Origin: Ruditapes philippinarum
Lineage: Eukaryota
Reading direction: 5' to 3'
Length of the DNA stretch: 64,000 nt
Assembly (NCBI RefSeq): GCF_026571515.1
Contig: NW_026865113.1
Span: 434,001 to 498,000 of the forward strand
Shown here in pieces: positions 12,311 to 25,300 of the stretch (the first letter of the stretch is position 1; the number at the start of each line of letters is the position of its first letter). The notes below the pieces were generated by a model, which made no database searches, was not told the DNA's origin, and saw nothing but the letters and a program-made list of their open reading frames with translations. The translations under genes were made by a program, and so were the position numbers.

Positions 12311-13920
12311 AATAATCATTAAAACACTGCAATTAAAAAAGCATGTAACACTTCAAATTTATATCTCTGGGAACTAAAGCGACATGATGTACTAACCAGT
12401 TATTTTCATAAACCCAGTTTTCAGAAAAAGCGTCCACTTTCTCAGTTCCCGGAACCATAACTTAACTGTTAAAACAAACAATTTTTCGATTATAATGGTG
12501 ATCAAACCGATCTACTGTATGAGGCCCCCACATCAGATCAATAAAAAAAAATCTCTCCTGAGCCCACTCATCAACATCACATAATTTACTATAATAATCA
12601 GCCAAAGCATTAGACTCTCTGGGACACCATGTCATATGCAATATAATCTGATGTTTAATGTATAATTCAAATATATCTAAAGCAATCTTCTTGTGGAAAT
12701 CTTATTTCGTACTTCCCAATGCAACATTATGAACACAGTTCAAGTTATCGGTACACCAACTTAATGCCCGCTATAAATGGTAAAACGCTTTTTAAGGCAA
12801 AAAAATAACAGTTAACTCGTGTCAAGTAGAACTGGTGTCCCTTCAGACTGTGACCAATACCTATGACAAATTTGATCACTACAACCTTCAATATAAGCAG
12901 TGCAGGCTGTTTGGCTAGTATTTTAATAGACTGTTACCTACTCAATACCAGTACTGAACAAACGTCTGGTTGGTTTACTTATTACTTTCTTTTTCTAGGA
13001 ATAGCTCCCCCAGACCGGTTAATATCTAAACGGTCCTCATTTCTAGATGCAAATGTTTTGTCATTATTTTGCAAATATAACAGGCATTAAGGAAATTATT
13101 TTCCCTGTGAACTTTGTTATTTCTCTTGCACTTAGAAGAGGAATTTTTGCATAACATACATAAAAGCCCCAGCCAATCAAGAATTTGTACTTGTTCACAC
13201 ATTCGTTCAAATTAATAAAAAAAAACCTGACCTCATCAAAACTGACTTCACAAACATGACGTCATTCTTAGCTAACCAACTGAAGTGTTTTATTCCCCCA
13301 GCCGTCATCTAAAAATAGTACAAAAATATACTATTTTCCCTGATATGTTTAACAATTGGCCGCAAACACTCAGTCCAGATAAATGGAGCTGATGTCAGTC
13401 AAAAAAGATAAATTAGTGAAAACATAATATTTTATAAACCTTTTTCAATCCACGAAAACCCTAAACATGTTTGCTGAAATGAATCTATATCTATATTGTA
13501 ATTATCTGAGGTTACGGGAGATGCTTTGGTAGTTTAACGCGGAGGATGGTAGTCTAGTACTGGTGTAACTCTCCAGGAACGATGGTTAGGAAACTACCCG
13601 CCTATATGACTGAAATACTGTTGTGAAAAGGCGTAAAATGAAACAAACAAACAAACAAATTGACCGACAATAACAACGGATTAACTGAATAAGGAATAAA
13701 GTAATTTCTAAAACACAAACAGAATGAACTAGGTCAATGATAGTACTCGAAACAAAATCACAATGTTCAAGAGCAGATTTTTCTTTTAGAAAAAAAAAAA
13801 CTAACAGGAGTTTCATAAATAGGAATAATATAACCGGTTTGAACTACATCAATTACATAGTCAGAAAGTTTTAAAATACTTTTCCAAAAAACACGAGACC
13901 GTAACCAACCCATTAACAGA
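12311..13920 (-). pseudogene. RT / RNase H / methyltransferase-like ORF of the Ngaro-type element (inactivated)
   Basis: Minus-strand peptides KSALEHCDFVSSTIIDL, QQTCLGFSW, LTSAPFIWTECLRP, LFLDDGWG (RT); WCTDNLNCV, WCPRESNALADYYS (RNase H); WGPHTVDRF, PGTEKVDAFSENW..ENNWLV (MT-like). Many stops and frameshifts, and a SINE inserted at about 13510-13660. Confidence 0.85.
13510..13660 (+). mobile_element. SINE 3' fragment (second family; another copy at 31471-31565)
   Basis: actctccaggaac.atggttaggaaactacccgcctatatgactgaaa..actgttg..aaa.ggcgt followed by an (AAAC)n tail in both copies. Confidence 0.75.
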
Positions 13921-14249
13921 CTAATTTTTGCTATGAGGAAACGTCATTTTGTATTCAAAATACTTAGTTTGTGCTAAAATATTGTCCTCTGAAACACAGT
14001 TTGTGATTAGCAAATGTAATCATTTGAAAAATACTCATCTTTACAATAAAAATCCGGTAACAAAGTGATCCCTCGGAAGCATTAATCACAAAAAAATACA
14101 AGAGAAGTGCAGACTCGGTTTGATTGAGTCTGTACATGAGGGATAATGAATACGTGCAACATCCCTCACGTGATAAGCCGGGTCTTGGTTCAGTTGAGGT
14201 TCGTGTTGCTTCCTCGAGACTGCTTGCTGCTGATTGATCTTGACTGGTT

Positions 14250-14620
14250 GACTTTTTGTTGACTTTCTGGTCCCTTGTTGTTTTCTCGTCTACGGTTAGT
14301 ATCTTCCCCATTACCCCTAGGTTTTATTTCTTTGATTAACCCCCCATCCCCCGGTCTCATGTCCCCTTCCCCTTTGACTTTGTGGGCCTATTATTCAATC
14401 ATTTATTTGTTTTCTTTGAATTCCTAATCAATTACAAATTATTTATCATTTAGTGATTAACCTGTCCGTGCTCTGTCTTTGCCCTGTCCTGTTTTTGTTT
14501 GGGGTCCGCCTTGGCTCCTTGCCACTGGTTCTTGTTGCTGGGTCATATGGGGGTTGCGTTCATTGAACGCCGCCCTTCCTTGTTGATCTTGTTTATCATA
14601 TTTTGTAAAGGGAAGGCTTG
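14250..14620 (-). repeat. Unclassified dispersed repeat; inverted partner at about 15690-16060
   Basis: The reverse complement of 14450-14605 matches 15692-15850 (caacaaggaa.ggcggcgttcaa.gaacgcaa..agtggcaaggagcc..cacggacagg), and 14270-14310 matches 16010-16050. Confidence 0.7.
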
Positions 14621-14649
14621 ACTGGTTGACTTTGTAAAGGGAAGGCACT

Positions 14650-15340
14650 TCCGAGAACGGGATAATATCCGACTCCTTGCAGTTGAAGTAATCTTATGCA
14701 GTTCGACTGGAAGTGACCAAATCCACCGCCGCAGGCATAACACTAGATAAGGTGCTTGTTGTTTCGTCTGAAAATACGAAACGAACTGAGTACATCCATA
14801 GCAGTGTCCTCACCATAACCCGTATCACGTGACGACTCTAAGAAAATAACTGTGCAGGTTGCAAGATTCGGACTCGAACGAAATGTTTTCTTTGCCAAAG
14901 CTCGCTTTTCGCCACGTCGAATCTTATCATCCTCGCTATCGCTTGCAATTTCATCCGATTCATATTCAGCAACCGTATCCCAGACGCCAGTACTTTTATC
15001 AGCTTATTCAATAAGTTTATTCCTGTGATTCAGGCTTTTAACGATTCAAGCAACTTTATCTAATGATATGTGTTCTCCGTCGTTCTGAATAAAACTGGAA
15101 ACCGACTCTAACTGTTCAAGTAGTTCTGAGTTAAATTCAATCAGTTTCCGGTTTTTGTCCACTTTAAGTCCCTAGCAAAAGAACTTTCTGCCATTTCTTT
15201 TTAACTGCTTGTCATTGGACACTAATCAGTCGTCGCTTAATTCACGATTAAGCAAAGGAAACTTTTTGTCTAAATACTCCAATAATCGACCATAGAATCT
15301 GCAGAACCGCCTCTATCTCTGCCACCCTGCCACCCTGCAT
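14650..15340 (-). pseudogene. Gag-like ORF1 of the Ngaro-type element
   Basis: HRNKLIE*ADKSTGVWDTVAEYESDEIASDSEDDKIRR motif, plus zinc knuckle CYACGGGFGHFQSNC at about 14700-14745. Confidence 0.8.
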
Positions 15341-15600
15341 TTTCGCTATCACTATCCGTTTAAGATCGAAAATAAACATGTGGACGCAATACAATTACCT
15401 CGAGTGATTTGATACGTATTTAGATACTTTATATAGACATCTGATATGCTTAGTTGAAGCACGAAAATATCATGCAAGACAATTTGAAAACAGTAATTGT
15501 ATAACCATATACCTTTATAGCTCTACCAGGAATAAATATATCTACTACATGCAGTTTTGAATACCAACGCTTTCAGAGTTGAACAATAAAATATATTACA

Positions 15601-16811
15601 TTTTGAGCTCTACTTTTTTCGAAGAAAAAAAATAGAGGTATTTTTACAGTCATGTCGGCGTTGCCGTCCGCAAACTTTTACGTTCATCATAAGATATGAA
15701 AAACAGAATCAACAAGGAAAGGCGGCGTTCAAAGAACGCAAGCTTACTCAATCCAGCAACAATAATTAGTGGCAAGGAGCCCAGGAGGACGCCAAACAAA
15801 AACAGGGTAAGGCACCAGGCAGAACACGGACAGGCTAATCACTCAAATGATACTTAAAAAGAACTGAAAGTTACCGACAAGGTAGTTTAAGAAAAATAAT
15901 TGATTAATTAAAAGGCCGACAAAGTTAAGGGGCACAGGGGAAGGGGATACGAGATTCGGGGAAGGAAGGGACAAAATTAAAAAAAAAAATAATTAAAACT
16001 AGGGACAAAAGGGAAGATATTACCATAGACGAGAAAACAACAAGGGACACAAACAAAAGTGTCACCATGTCAGTCTTAAACGACAAACACATACATCATA
16101 GGAACACAGAGGGGCGCCACCTTGGAATGGTCAGCAGCATAAGTACTGCTAGGGAATTTAAACCGGTTTAAACTTTTTAAGTTCTTTATTGAATTTAGAT
16201 AAATTATCATCATGTTGTTATTACTGTCCTGATTTGATTTATACTTGGACAAAACAAGAAAGATGACTTGCTACTAACATATTGAATAATTAAGATGAGA
16301 CCTTGACCTTTAATTGACCCTGATCGTCAAGGTCAAATAAATGAACTTCTCTTGTTAACTGGCTATTACTTTGTTATTTATAAATGGATTAACGTCATAT
16401 TTAGAAACATCTTTTAGGTCAGGACCTTCATGTATATCAACTTCAAATTGACCTTGTTCAAGGTCAGATTATTGATTTTTTTAAGTTGTCATTATTTTGT
16501 TATTTATGTAAGGATTTAATTCATATGTGACAAGACAGACATGTTGAATAATTCACCTTTATATGACATTGACCGTCAAGGTCAGATGATTGAATTCTTC
16601 TTATGTATTCTTAACTTTTTCACACATTTATTATAATGATTCATACTTGGACAGAACAACAATTGTGACTAGACAGATTATTATAAAAAAGGAAAAAATA
16701 TTTCTATTCTTTATAATTCTTTTTAAAGATTTATTTAAACCGTTTATTTGTTTGCTTGTAGAAAAAGTAAAAAAGTCGAGCGTTGCCCCTGTCCAGCCAT
16801 GGCTCTTGTTT
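15601..16811 (-). mobile_element. Helentron-associated non-autonomous element (HINE-like), interrupted by the 15690-16150 repeat
   Basis: Terminal palindrome ctctacttttttcgaagaaaaaaaatagag, short GC-rich microsatellite remnant, tgaccttga/tcaaggtca core repeats and a ggctcttgttt end. Confidence 0.6.
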
Positions 16812-17067
16812 AGTTAAGAAAACTTTGCTAAATACTTGCACTTTAACACTGACATGAAATGTTTATTATATAGTTCCACTCGTTTCTTTCTTTATTCGGT
16901 GTATAATTAGTTACGGAGTTGAAATGCATCTTGTTAATTTATACTTTTCATATTAAGGACAAATTTCATCCTAAATCAGAAGATCACAAGTTTTGTACAT
17001 AAAGAAAACTAAAGTAATAATAGCTATCATTAAACCTAAAGGATGCTATCACTTTTTTCAATAACAG

Positions 17068-17155
17068 GAACCAGGCGGAGAATGGGAAAGTATTGCATAT
17101 AGCAGTCCTGTTTTAGAGGCATGGGGACGTTGGAATCCTGAAATAAGGCATTCTG
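17068..17155 (+). CDS. Predicted exon 2 of BTB-BACK gene copy B (EPGGEWESIAYSSPVLEAWGRWNPEIRHS)
   Basis: Acceptor ttttttcaataacag|, donor |gtaaat, phase 0 in and phase 1 out, matching both neighbouring exons. IAYSSPVLEAW resembles the BTB LAAxSPYFxAMF helix. Confidence 0.6.
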
Positions 17156-17224
17156 GTAAATATCTTGAAATAGTCTTTTACAACGACTGTAGATTAAATG
17201 ATATTATTTCAGATAAAAAAAATA

Positions 17225-19756
17225 CAGGGCTGGGAATCAGAACTGCATCGTATCTTACAAAATGTAAGCAAAGGCCGCAATCTTGGAAAGAAAATGGCAT
17301 GTTTTTTGTTTATTACTCTTTTTGTTGAAAATGGCTGAAAACCAGATATATACATGTATTGATACGCTCCACCTTTTCTGCTTCGTACGGTTATGTTGCT
17401 TGCACAAATATTTTGTAAAGCAAAAGGTTATAGCGAACTTGCAACACGAAGCGGGCCAATATTTTTATGAAATTTTGTGGCTACGACGCAGTCATATTGC
17501 TTTGTCCATCGTTTGTTTCCCTTCAAGTCAATTATATACTCGTTTCAGAGTTTACCATAAACTTAAAAATATAATTTTGCATCATTTGCAAAAAAAATTA
17601 TTAAAAAGATTTTCCAAGAAAATCATGATCTGTACGTAATGATACGACGCAGTTAAGTTGAAAAATAAATATGATACGACGCAGTTGAATTTTTGGCAGT
17701 CTTCTAAACAGGGGATAATATTGGCAGTATAAGTCTATTTTACCGAAAAACATTTGCCCTTGATAACCCCCCCGCTAGATCATTCACGGTTTATATCAAT
17801 GTTTTTTTGCTTTTGAATATTTAGAATACGTAGTTTCATGTCCAATATAACATTTATTTTGAAAGTTTAAATTACGGAAGCTACTTTTCAGATAAACATA
17901 AACATGTTACTGAATATATCATATATCTGAAATAATTTCTTATATTTTCCCTTATGTTCAATTATATCCCTAAATGTTTGGCAAAATATAGGAGTCCATT
18001 AACTCAAATCACAAAATTCATTTTGGCTAGCTACGCTCTTAATAAACAGTAGTTCTACATGTTCTAGACAATGACTGCTTCTTTGTGGTTTTACATGCAT
18101 TTACTTGCATTTTACATCCTAGCTTTTACTGGTGGCAATGACCTCAGGTGCGCCTTTGTGCATTATTTCAGACAAAATTTGCACATGCAGAGAACAATCG
18201 ATATTTTGAAGCTAGCCACATGAAAAATCAAAAGTCCCTGGTGGTTCTCGAGTTCACAGCAGTTCGGGGCAAGTGATTTGAAGTCAATAAACACACCTGT
18301 CTGAATTTTTTTTTTCAACTAAAAATTTGGTAATTATAACTTTAATGTCAGCTGTACAAATAAGCATTTGTTTTATAAACTTCTGGTATGAAGTTTCAAA
18401 TAATAAAGCGTATCTGTTCTCATCGATTATTTAGGAAATTAATAATAAAATCGGCGCGTAAAAAAGACATATTAAGTACTAATATAAGGGAATTATCGAA
18501 AATTGTTGTTCGTAGTAACGGTAGGCATGCAATTTGCGCATACTTCTCTTCCGATAGCAAGATATTTTTTTTTAAAAATTTGTAATTCTTTTGTTTTTTT
18601 TTTAAAACAAAGGTCATTCCAGATTGATAGAGCGTCCAGGATAGGTTACATTTGTAGCACAAAACTGCATATGAAAAAAGTAACCATCCCCATTAGTTAC
18701 AAACTCACGAGAACAAGTTTACAAGCATGCTTATGCAACCCTAGAACACGTTGTCATATGGGTGTGCGATCACGTGTTTCAATGTTATTTTTTTTGCATT
18801 TGATATACTTTTTTTCGGAATTTGTAGATGCTTTTGACAGATGCTTCAAAAGCGACCAAAAATATTAAAGATCCTGTAAAACAACTTTTTTTATGGTTTT
18901 ATATATTATTAATATGATGCTCAAATTAAGATTTATCAATTTTGTAAGTTCCAAAAAAACATTATTTATAAAGATATTACCGAATTTAACATTTCATGTA
19001 CATAAAGAGAGGCAATAAAAAATATTTTCTATAAAGACTAAGTCAAATTTTCCAATAAGAAATGAATGCATATGTGTTAATGATTACATATAATATGTAC
19101 AGTATTTGCAGTGCATATTTTACATATTCTTCGATGTTTGAAAATTGTTTTATAAGCATAATTATATACATATATATAATTTCATTTTAGTGTGGTATAC
19201 AACCTTAATAACAACATACAGGATCTTTAAGCGCGATAGAACTTTAATTTCACTTCCATTTTCGTGGGAATCAATGAGCGACCTCTGCTATTGTTTTAAG
19301 GTCCTTTGTGCGCGTTCATAATGATAAAATCATCATACATCGCAAACAAGAAATGTTGCTGGACGTTACTAGCATACTTAGCCTACAATTTATAAGCCGA
19401 ACCAATATACAACCTACAATGAAAATACAATTGCGTCATATCATATTTTCACGAGTATATACATGTAAATGATTTGAGGAAAAAACGATGGACAAAGCAA
19501 TATGAACTGCGTCGTATCCACAAAATATCATAAAAATTCAGGCCCGCTTCGCTATTACTTTTGTTTTACAAAATTGTTGAGCAAGTAACATACGGCGAAC
19601 GAAGCGGAAAATAGTGGAGCGTGTTAATACATATATCTAAATTCCAGTGATTTCCAACAAAAAGAGTAATAAACAAAAACCTACCCATTTCGTTCCAAGA
19701 CGGCGGCGTTTGTTTACATTTTGTAGGATACGACGCAGTTCTGATTCCCAGCCTTG
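17225..19756. mobile_element. Non-autonomous DNA transposon with TIRs of about 300 bp
   Basis: CAGGGCTGGGAATCAGAACTG at the left end and CAGTTCTGATTCCCAGCCTTG at the right end. 17225-17530 is the reverse complement of about 19470-19756, with a repeated tacgacgcagt motif. No clear TSD. Confidence 0.8.
18869..19226 (+). mobile_element. Kolobok-like MITE (TTAA TSD), copy 1
   Basis: TTAA|AGATCCTGTA...TACAGGATCT|TTAA. Homologous to 40797-41138 and 59818-60170. Confidence 0.85.
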
Positions 19757-20044
19757 AGTATTTTTAACGGAGATGTTTCTGTGTCCGATATGTTTTTTGT
19801 TTTCAATTTAAGTCTGCATTGGAGCTGCCTTTCCATCAGTTTTTTTTAAATATCTCTTTAATTCTTCTGTAATAAGTATAACTAAGTGTTAATTTGTTCT
19901 GTACATGCAACTTAAATATGGATAATGTATCTATTAGGCAGTGAACTATAGGAAAATCGTGCTTGAATACAATTTAAATAGAACATGTGAGATGATTTTC
20001 TTTTTATTTAGTAATGTTCTCACTTTCATGCTCATATTTTTAAG

Positions 20045-21642
20045 TTGACGAGGCTCTCGGTACCTTCTCCGGCCGTAAAGAAAGAATAGAACAGATCGTT
20101 GACTACATGACAGGTCGTATGATACAGGTAACATCAGAAGACTTGTTTAGTTTAATACGTCTAGCTGACATGCTGCTAATTGATGACCTGTATATGTATT
20201 GTAAAGAACGCATAAAAAACCTTGCACTTACTAAAAGCAACTTTTACAAAGTACTCCAAGTTTGCTCTTTATACGGATTCGAACATGAACAGATTGATGA
20301 ATTCATTCGATGTAATCTAATAGAACTTTGCAAGGAAACAGATATCTTAAAGATAGATCCAGCATCTGTAGATATACTTCTGACCGAAGACGATCTGTGT
20401 TATTGGCCGATGCAAAGCCGATTTGAAATGGTAAGAGACTGGTGTGATGTTCATGGAATTGATGCGTTCTTTGAACGATGGTTTGACTTCTTAGATTTAA
20501 ATAAAATGGACGGATACTACTTAAACAAAGTTGTCAAAAGAGACTTCTTTGTAAGGATGGCACCTAAATGTTTACATAGAGTAGAAGATCATCTTACTTT
20601 GAGGAACGATTCACCTGTACCATTTGTTTTTACCCTCAATGTCGAGCAAACTGGATCAAATGTCGTTGGATTAAACCTTGAAGATATGAATCTTTATAGA
20701 TTTAACTTTCCAGACAAAATGATGAACGCTACTTGTATACCATGTTTGGGGGTATCTGGGGAAGTGTTATCCTTTGAAGAATCAAAACGGCGCATATATG
20801 TATATGACATTAACAGTGGTATTTGTAAAGAAAAGTGCATTGTTTCCAGGGGGGATTATCCATCTGATATCAGCCACATATTGGAAACAAACAATAGCTT
20901 AATAATTATTTCAAAGGGGTTGTGTTCGAAATATCATGGTAGTGCAAGGTATCCAGGCATCAAAGAGCATACAATGGGCTCAGTATTGTATCGAAGCGTC
21001 AACGACAATGGAACGATAATTGAGATAGAACCACTAATGTCATTAGCATTTATTGTGAGCTGCGCATGTTACAGTCAATCAATGATTGCTATGACAACAG
21101 CGACATATTCAAAAAGGTCAAACTTGTACTGCTTTAATCTTGAAACAAACAAAATGACGGTCATTAATCTACCTTTCTATGAAAAAGAGAATTGCAGATT
21201 ATTCGAGGCCACAATGGTAAAGTGTTTGCTACCTGTGCATGACAAGATTCTTGTTTTGGCTAGGATGACTTCCATGTTGTTGTCAATTAACAAAGAAACG
21301 GGATCCTACATTGTTCTCGATAGAACCTGCACAAATTTTACACCATCCGAACATGAAAATCCGAAATACGTGGTTTTGTCAGATCTTTTGGTAGAATTAT
21401 ATGCAAGAATTGTGCGCCTTTATCGTAAAGATAAAGAAAGGTGTTCTTTTGAGATGTTGCGAGTTTTTAAAGTTGATAGATTAAACTTTAATTTTAAACC
21501 AGTAACTTGTGGCTATGTCAAAAGGACAACACCAGTATGTCACATATTGTGTCCCCATTGTGACCCAAATGCCAAGGAAAAAAAAGAAGAAGACAAACGC
21601 GGAATGAAGAGGAGGAAAAGAAGAGTCAAAAGAACAGAATAG
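20045..21642 (+). CDS. Large exon 3 of BTB-BACK (kelch-like, divergent propeller) gene copy B
   Basis: The 511-aa ORF extends upstream to acceptor catatttttaag| at 20044 (phase 1). IEQIVDYMTGRMIQVTSEDLFSLIRLADMLLIDDLYMYC is the BTB C-terminal half, followed by BACK-like helices, a beta-rich region and CHILCPHCDP. The C-terminal frame is suspect. Confidence 0.85.
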
Positions 21643-21996
21643 TGGTATAGAATAGATATGACTCTGGTGATTTTAATGACTCTTATGATGATTACAGTGA
21701 TGACTATTACAATGATTTCTTATTTAAGGGAAATGGGTTTTGATGAAAAGGGGAGCCCAGTTTTTTTTAAACTTTGTGGGAAACAAAAAAAACTTCCCGT
21801 TTGAAATAAAAAATAAAAAAATAAATAATATTTAATGGTGAAAACAAAGGGAAAAAAAGAAAAAAAAGACAAATGATTTTAATTTCATGTTTCCCAAAAA
21901 TGAATATATTTTCAAATTTGGGGGGGATTAAACTTTTTGTTGTAGGAACTCATTTATACATGATTTTAAATGAATATGGTGCATAAAAATTTGCTT

Positions 21997-22350
21997 TATA
22001 GAGGATATTGAATGAGTGTAAGTTCAATACTGAATTTATTGCACGAGTTGAATAAAATTATATTATGCGAGCCTTTGGCGAGCATAATATTATTTTATTC
22101 AACGAGTGCAATAAATTCAGTTATGAACTTACACGAATTTAATATTCTATTTATCGCATACCCAAAATCAAGACCGTTTAAAGTAAAATAAGAGTCATTT
22201 TTCATTGACGCGCCTATAGTTTAACGCTAACATTTAGCGCGTCTTTACACTATGTTTGTATAACGCTAATGACGTCACGTCAAAATATATGCACGGCCGT
22301 GCAATACCATATTTACGGAGTCGCAAAATCGGAACGGGTGTGTGATAAAA
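21997..22350 (+). mobile_element. Non-autonomous palindromic element (Crypton-like); inverted copy at 34301-34653
   Basis: tatagaggatattgaat...hairpin centred on gcgagcctttggcgagc...gtgtgataaa. A full reverse-complement match is at 34301-34653. Confidence 0.7.
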
Positions 22351-25300
22351 CTTATTAATTCACCTTTGTGTACATAATATTTTATTGTCCTTTATAACAG
22401 TTAATTTAGGTTAGACAGTCTTACAGAATGACTATCACCTTTATTTTATATACCTTAACATTTTTAAAAATTACATGTATAAAGGTTCAAATCAAAATGG
22501 ACCATATAAAATAATTACTTCTTGTTTCTTTCTAATGTTTCATTGGATTACCAGCGAGTGGATGTTGTATAATTGAGATAAATGTTGTATGTACATCATA
22601 TTATTATAAATGACAAGTCGACATGACATATAAATATACTTTTATGCTTTTATTTAATTTCGCAATTCATGTATATCAAGGTGTACAAAGTTCAAATGTC
22701 AGAATGATAGATAATATATTTGAGAGTACAATGTATACGTATTATGTAAAATCTAGGTGGAAAGCTGTTATGTAAAAAGACGGATTGAAGAGTCCAGTTG
22801 GTCAGTTTTTTTAGAGTTTGGGTTCGAATTTGAGACTTGTACATGTTAAACACGTATGTAGAATTAAAATATAAAAGTTTTAGTTGTGCGTTTCCTTGCT
22901 ACTATACGACAATTACATTACATTTAAACAGGTATATATTAGGAGTGGACGCTGATTTAGGTTCTTCCCATGTTTATATGTGTTTTAAATGACCATCTCA
23001 TATGATCCATGTGCATCCTGTAATGTTTTCATTTGACAAAGGAATATCTGTTTTTATTGTACCTGATAAGCATTTTATTAATAAACCTCATGAAAATTAC
23101 CGTTATATCGTTTTAAGGCGTGTCCCGTATCTGGCAGAACTGTCCCCTAAATGATAAATGGTAAAGGTAATTGTGGAATATTCATTCGAGTAATAGCAAA
23201 TGTTGATTCAACGCTTATCGATGTAATTGCGATAATTTTAGAGTATATTGTATTAATTGTAAGAAAGAAGGTTCTTTGGAGCAGATATGGTGAGAATTAA
23301 CTTGTATTTGTCCTTAAACAAATACATTCTTAAAACTTTAGAACATTTTCATAGATTTTTTAGTCAAAAGGGATATGACTATTCATGCATCTGCATATAA
23401 ACTATTTTACTTTATATAGATACTTAATATCTGTTTCAACAAACATACTGTACAGTTTTTTTTGCAGTTAAATTATAAGATAATAGTAATAAGATTGATG
23501 TGTCTCGTAAATGACCAAATGAAAAATAACTAGATAACAGTGATTTTCTCAATAAAAGTGATATTTCTATGAGAAAAAATATTTGCTTTGATTAGTACTA
23601 TTGTTATTGTTTACACTTACTTAGATGTATATGCATATCTTGCAATTTTGTTGAACTTCTCAGACCATTAATACAATTTTTACTCAATTTTTGACAATTT
23701 TCAGTTCAATTGTTTAAATATTGTTAATATGGTTCAATATTGCCAAAAGAATATGCACATTTCATAAATAAAAGAAGTTAATATTAAATCATTATAAATA
23801 TATCATTCGAAGTATTAACATCCCTTTTTTAATCCATAGCATCTGGACATTTACGGGACTATTAAAAAATCATTTACGAGTCCTTAATGAATTGTCAATA
23901 TACTGAGATGACGGGGATTATTTCACATTTGACAGTTGAATAATAGATATGTATGCATTATCAAGAATTCGTCAGTAATTATCACATTTTCATAAGTCCA
24001 TAGTATATTTTGAAAATGAGATTTGAGTACAGTCGGTACAGTGGAAAGTACATTTCCACGAGTTGTTTCAAAAAGATAGAGTTTTTGTCAGTTCAATGAT
24101 TGATTCCAATTCCCAGATGTTCATATAATTAGATGATAGACAATTTATTCTTATTGACAAAATAAACTTGCTATACCAAATGCATAATTAAAGGACCGTT
24201 GTCTCAAAAATGACGAAATTTATTTTCTGGTTCTATCTAGAAACCCTGTCATAGGGAAAAAATCTAGGATGTCGATTTAAGATGACGAGATACTTATAAT
24301 TTTGAAACGTAATAGAATTTAAATATACAGTTCATTTTTCAGTTCTAGAATTTATGAAATGTCGTACTTAAGTGAGAATAAGAGTTTATAAAATGCTTTA
24401 TAGCTTTAGCTCTTACATTTGGTTTGCTATATTGCTGATCATGGTCATGCAACTACATAGTTAGGTAAAGAAGCAGACGCTTGTTTTGGTTGAGTCTATT
24501 ATGTTTTGTTTAGGGGGTGAGTTGTCATACACAAATTTACAATTAATATGCATTTATTTCCAATGATTGTTATTATCTTAAATGCTTCTGGGATTTTTGT
24601 TTTATCAATTCATTTGTAAATAACATTGTTATATGTCTATTAACGGAATAATTTTAATGAACACGAAATTAGTTCACACCTTTATGTGTATTGATAACGT
24701 GACGGTTTAAGCCAATGAAAACACATCAATATTATTACAATCAGGCAGAGAAAAAGTTTGCAAAGAGTAAATCGATAATCTTTATGTAGCAAACAAACTT
24801 TGAATTGCAAGTACTTTTTTCATATCTTTTCGGCAGGATAAACTGTCCGAGGAGGGCATCGTAAAATGGCTGCCATTTACAGTATCAAGTGATTATCCCA
24901 AGCACCATCGCGACTAAGCGCGGGAATTATAAATAAAGCTAACCTCGGCGCGTCGCATAGGATGGAAAATACCTTTTTCATATTTTATTGTAATAAATAT
25001 TTACAAACTGTGTTTTTCGGTTTTTTTATCAATATATAACCAATAATGATGTTAATATGAATAAATAATCATATCTCAAATCTGTGACTATGACTTACAA
25101 TGAAATTCTACCTTTAGTGTATTAAAAAGGTTTTTAATTTCCTGTATTTTTTCTGTGATTATGCTTCAAAGCAGTCAATTGACCGTGAATTTTCTTTTCA
25201 TATTTTGATTTCCTTGAAATCATTTTTCTCATCTGAAGGCATGCAACTTTAATATGATGATACATTAATTACATTCCATGAAAATGTTAAAAGATATAAA

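Larger units (their letters stand above)
4700..15544 (-). mobile_element. Degenerate DIRS-superfamily (Ngaro/PAT-type) tyrosine-recombinase retrotransposon with split direct repeats, interrupted by nested insertions
   Basis: On the minus strand, in order: repeat A1 (15544-15368), gag, RT, RNase H, methyltransferase-like domain, YR, B1 (about 5225-5110), A2 (about 5094-4915), B2 (about 4812-4700). Confidence 0.85.

Noticed and set aside
14061-14087. 27-bp match to 63937-63963 (caaagtgatccc.cggaagcatta.tc)
   Set aside because: Probably the end of a dispersed repeat that runs off the window; too short to classify.
13964-14743. Minus-strand ORFs 13964-14311, 14457-14648 and 14543-14743 as genes
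   Set aside because: They run across boundaries of unrelated repeat fragments; only the zinc knuckle, in another frame, is meaningful.
17283-18868. ORFs of 118 and 121 aa as a transposase
   Set aside because: They lie in TIR or internal MITE sequence and have no DDE or DNA-binding motif.
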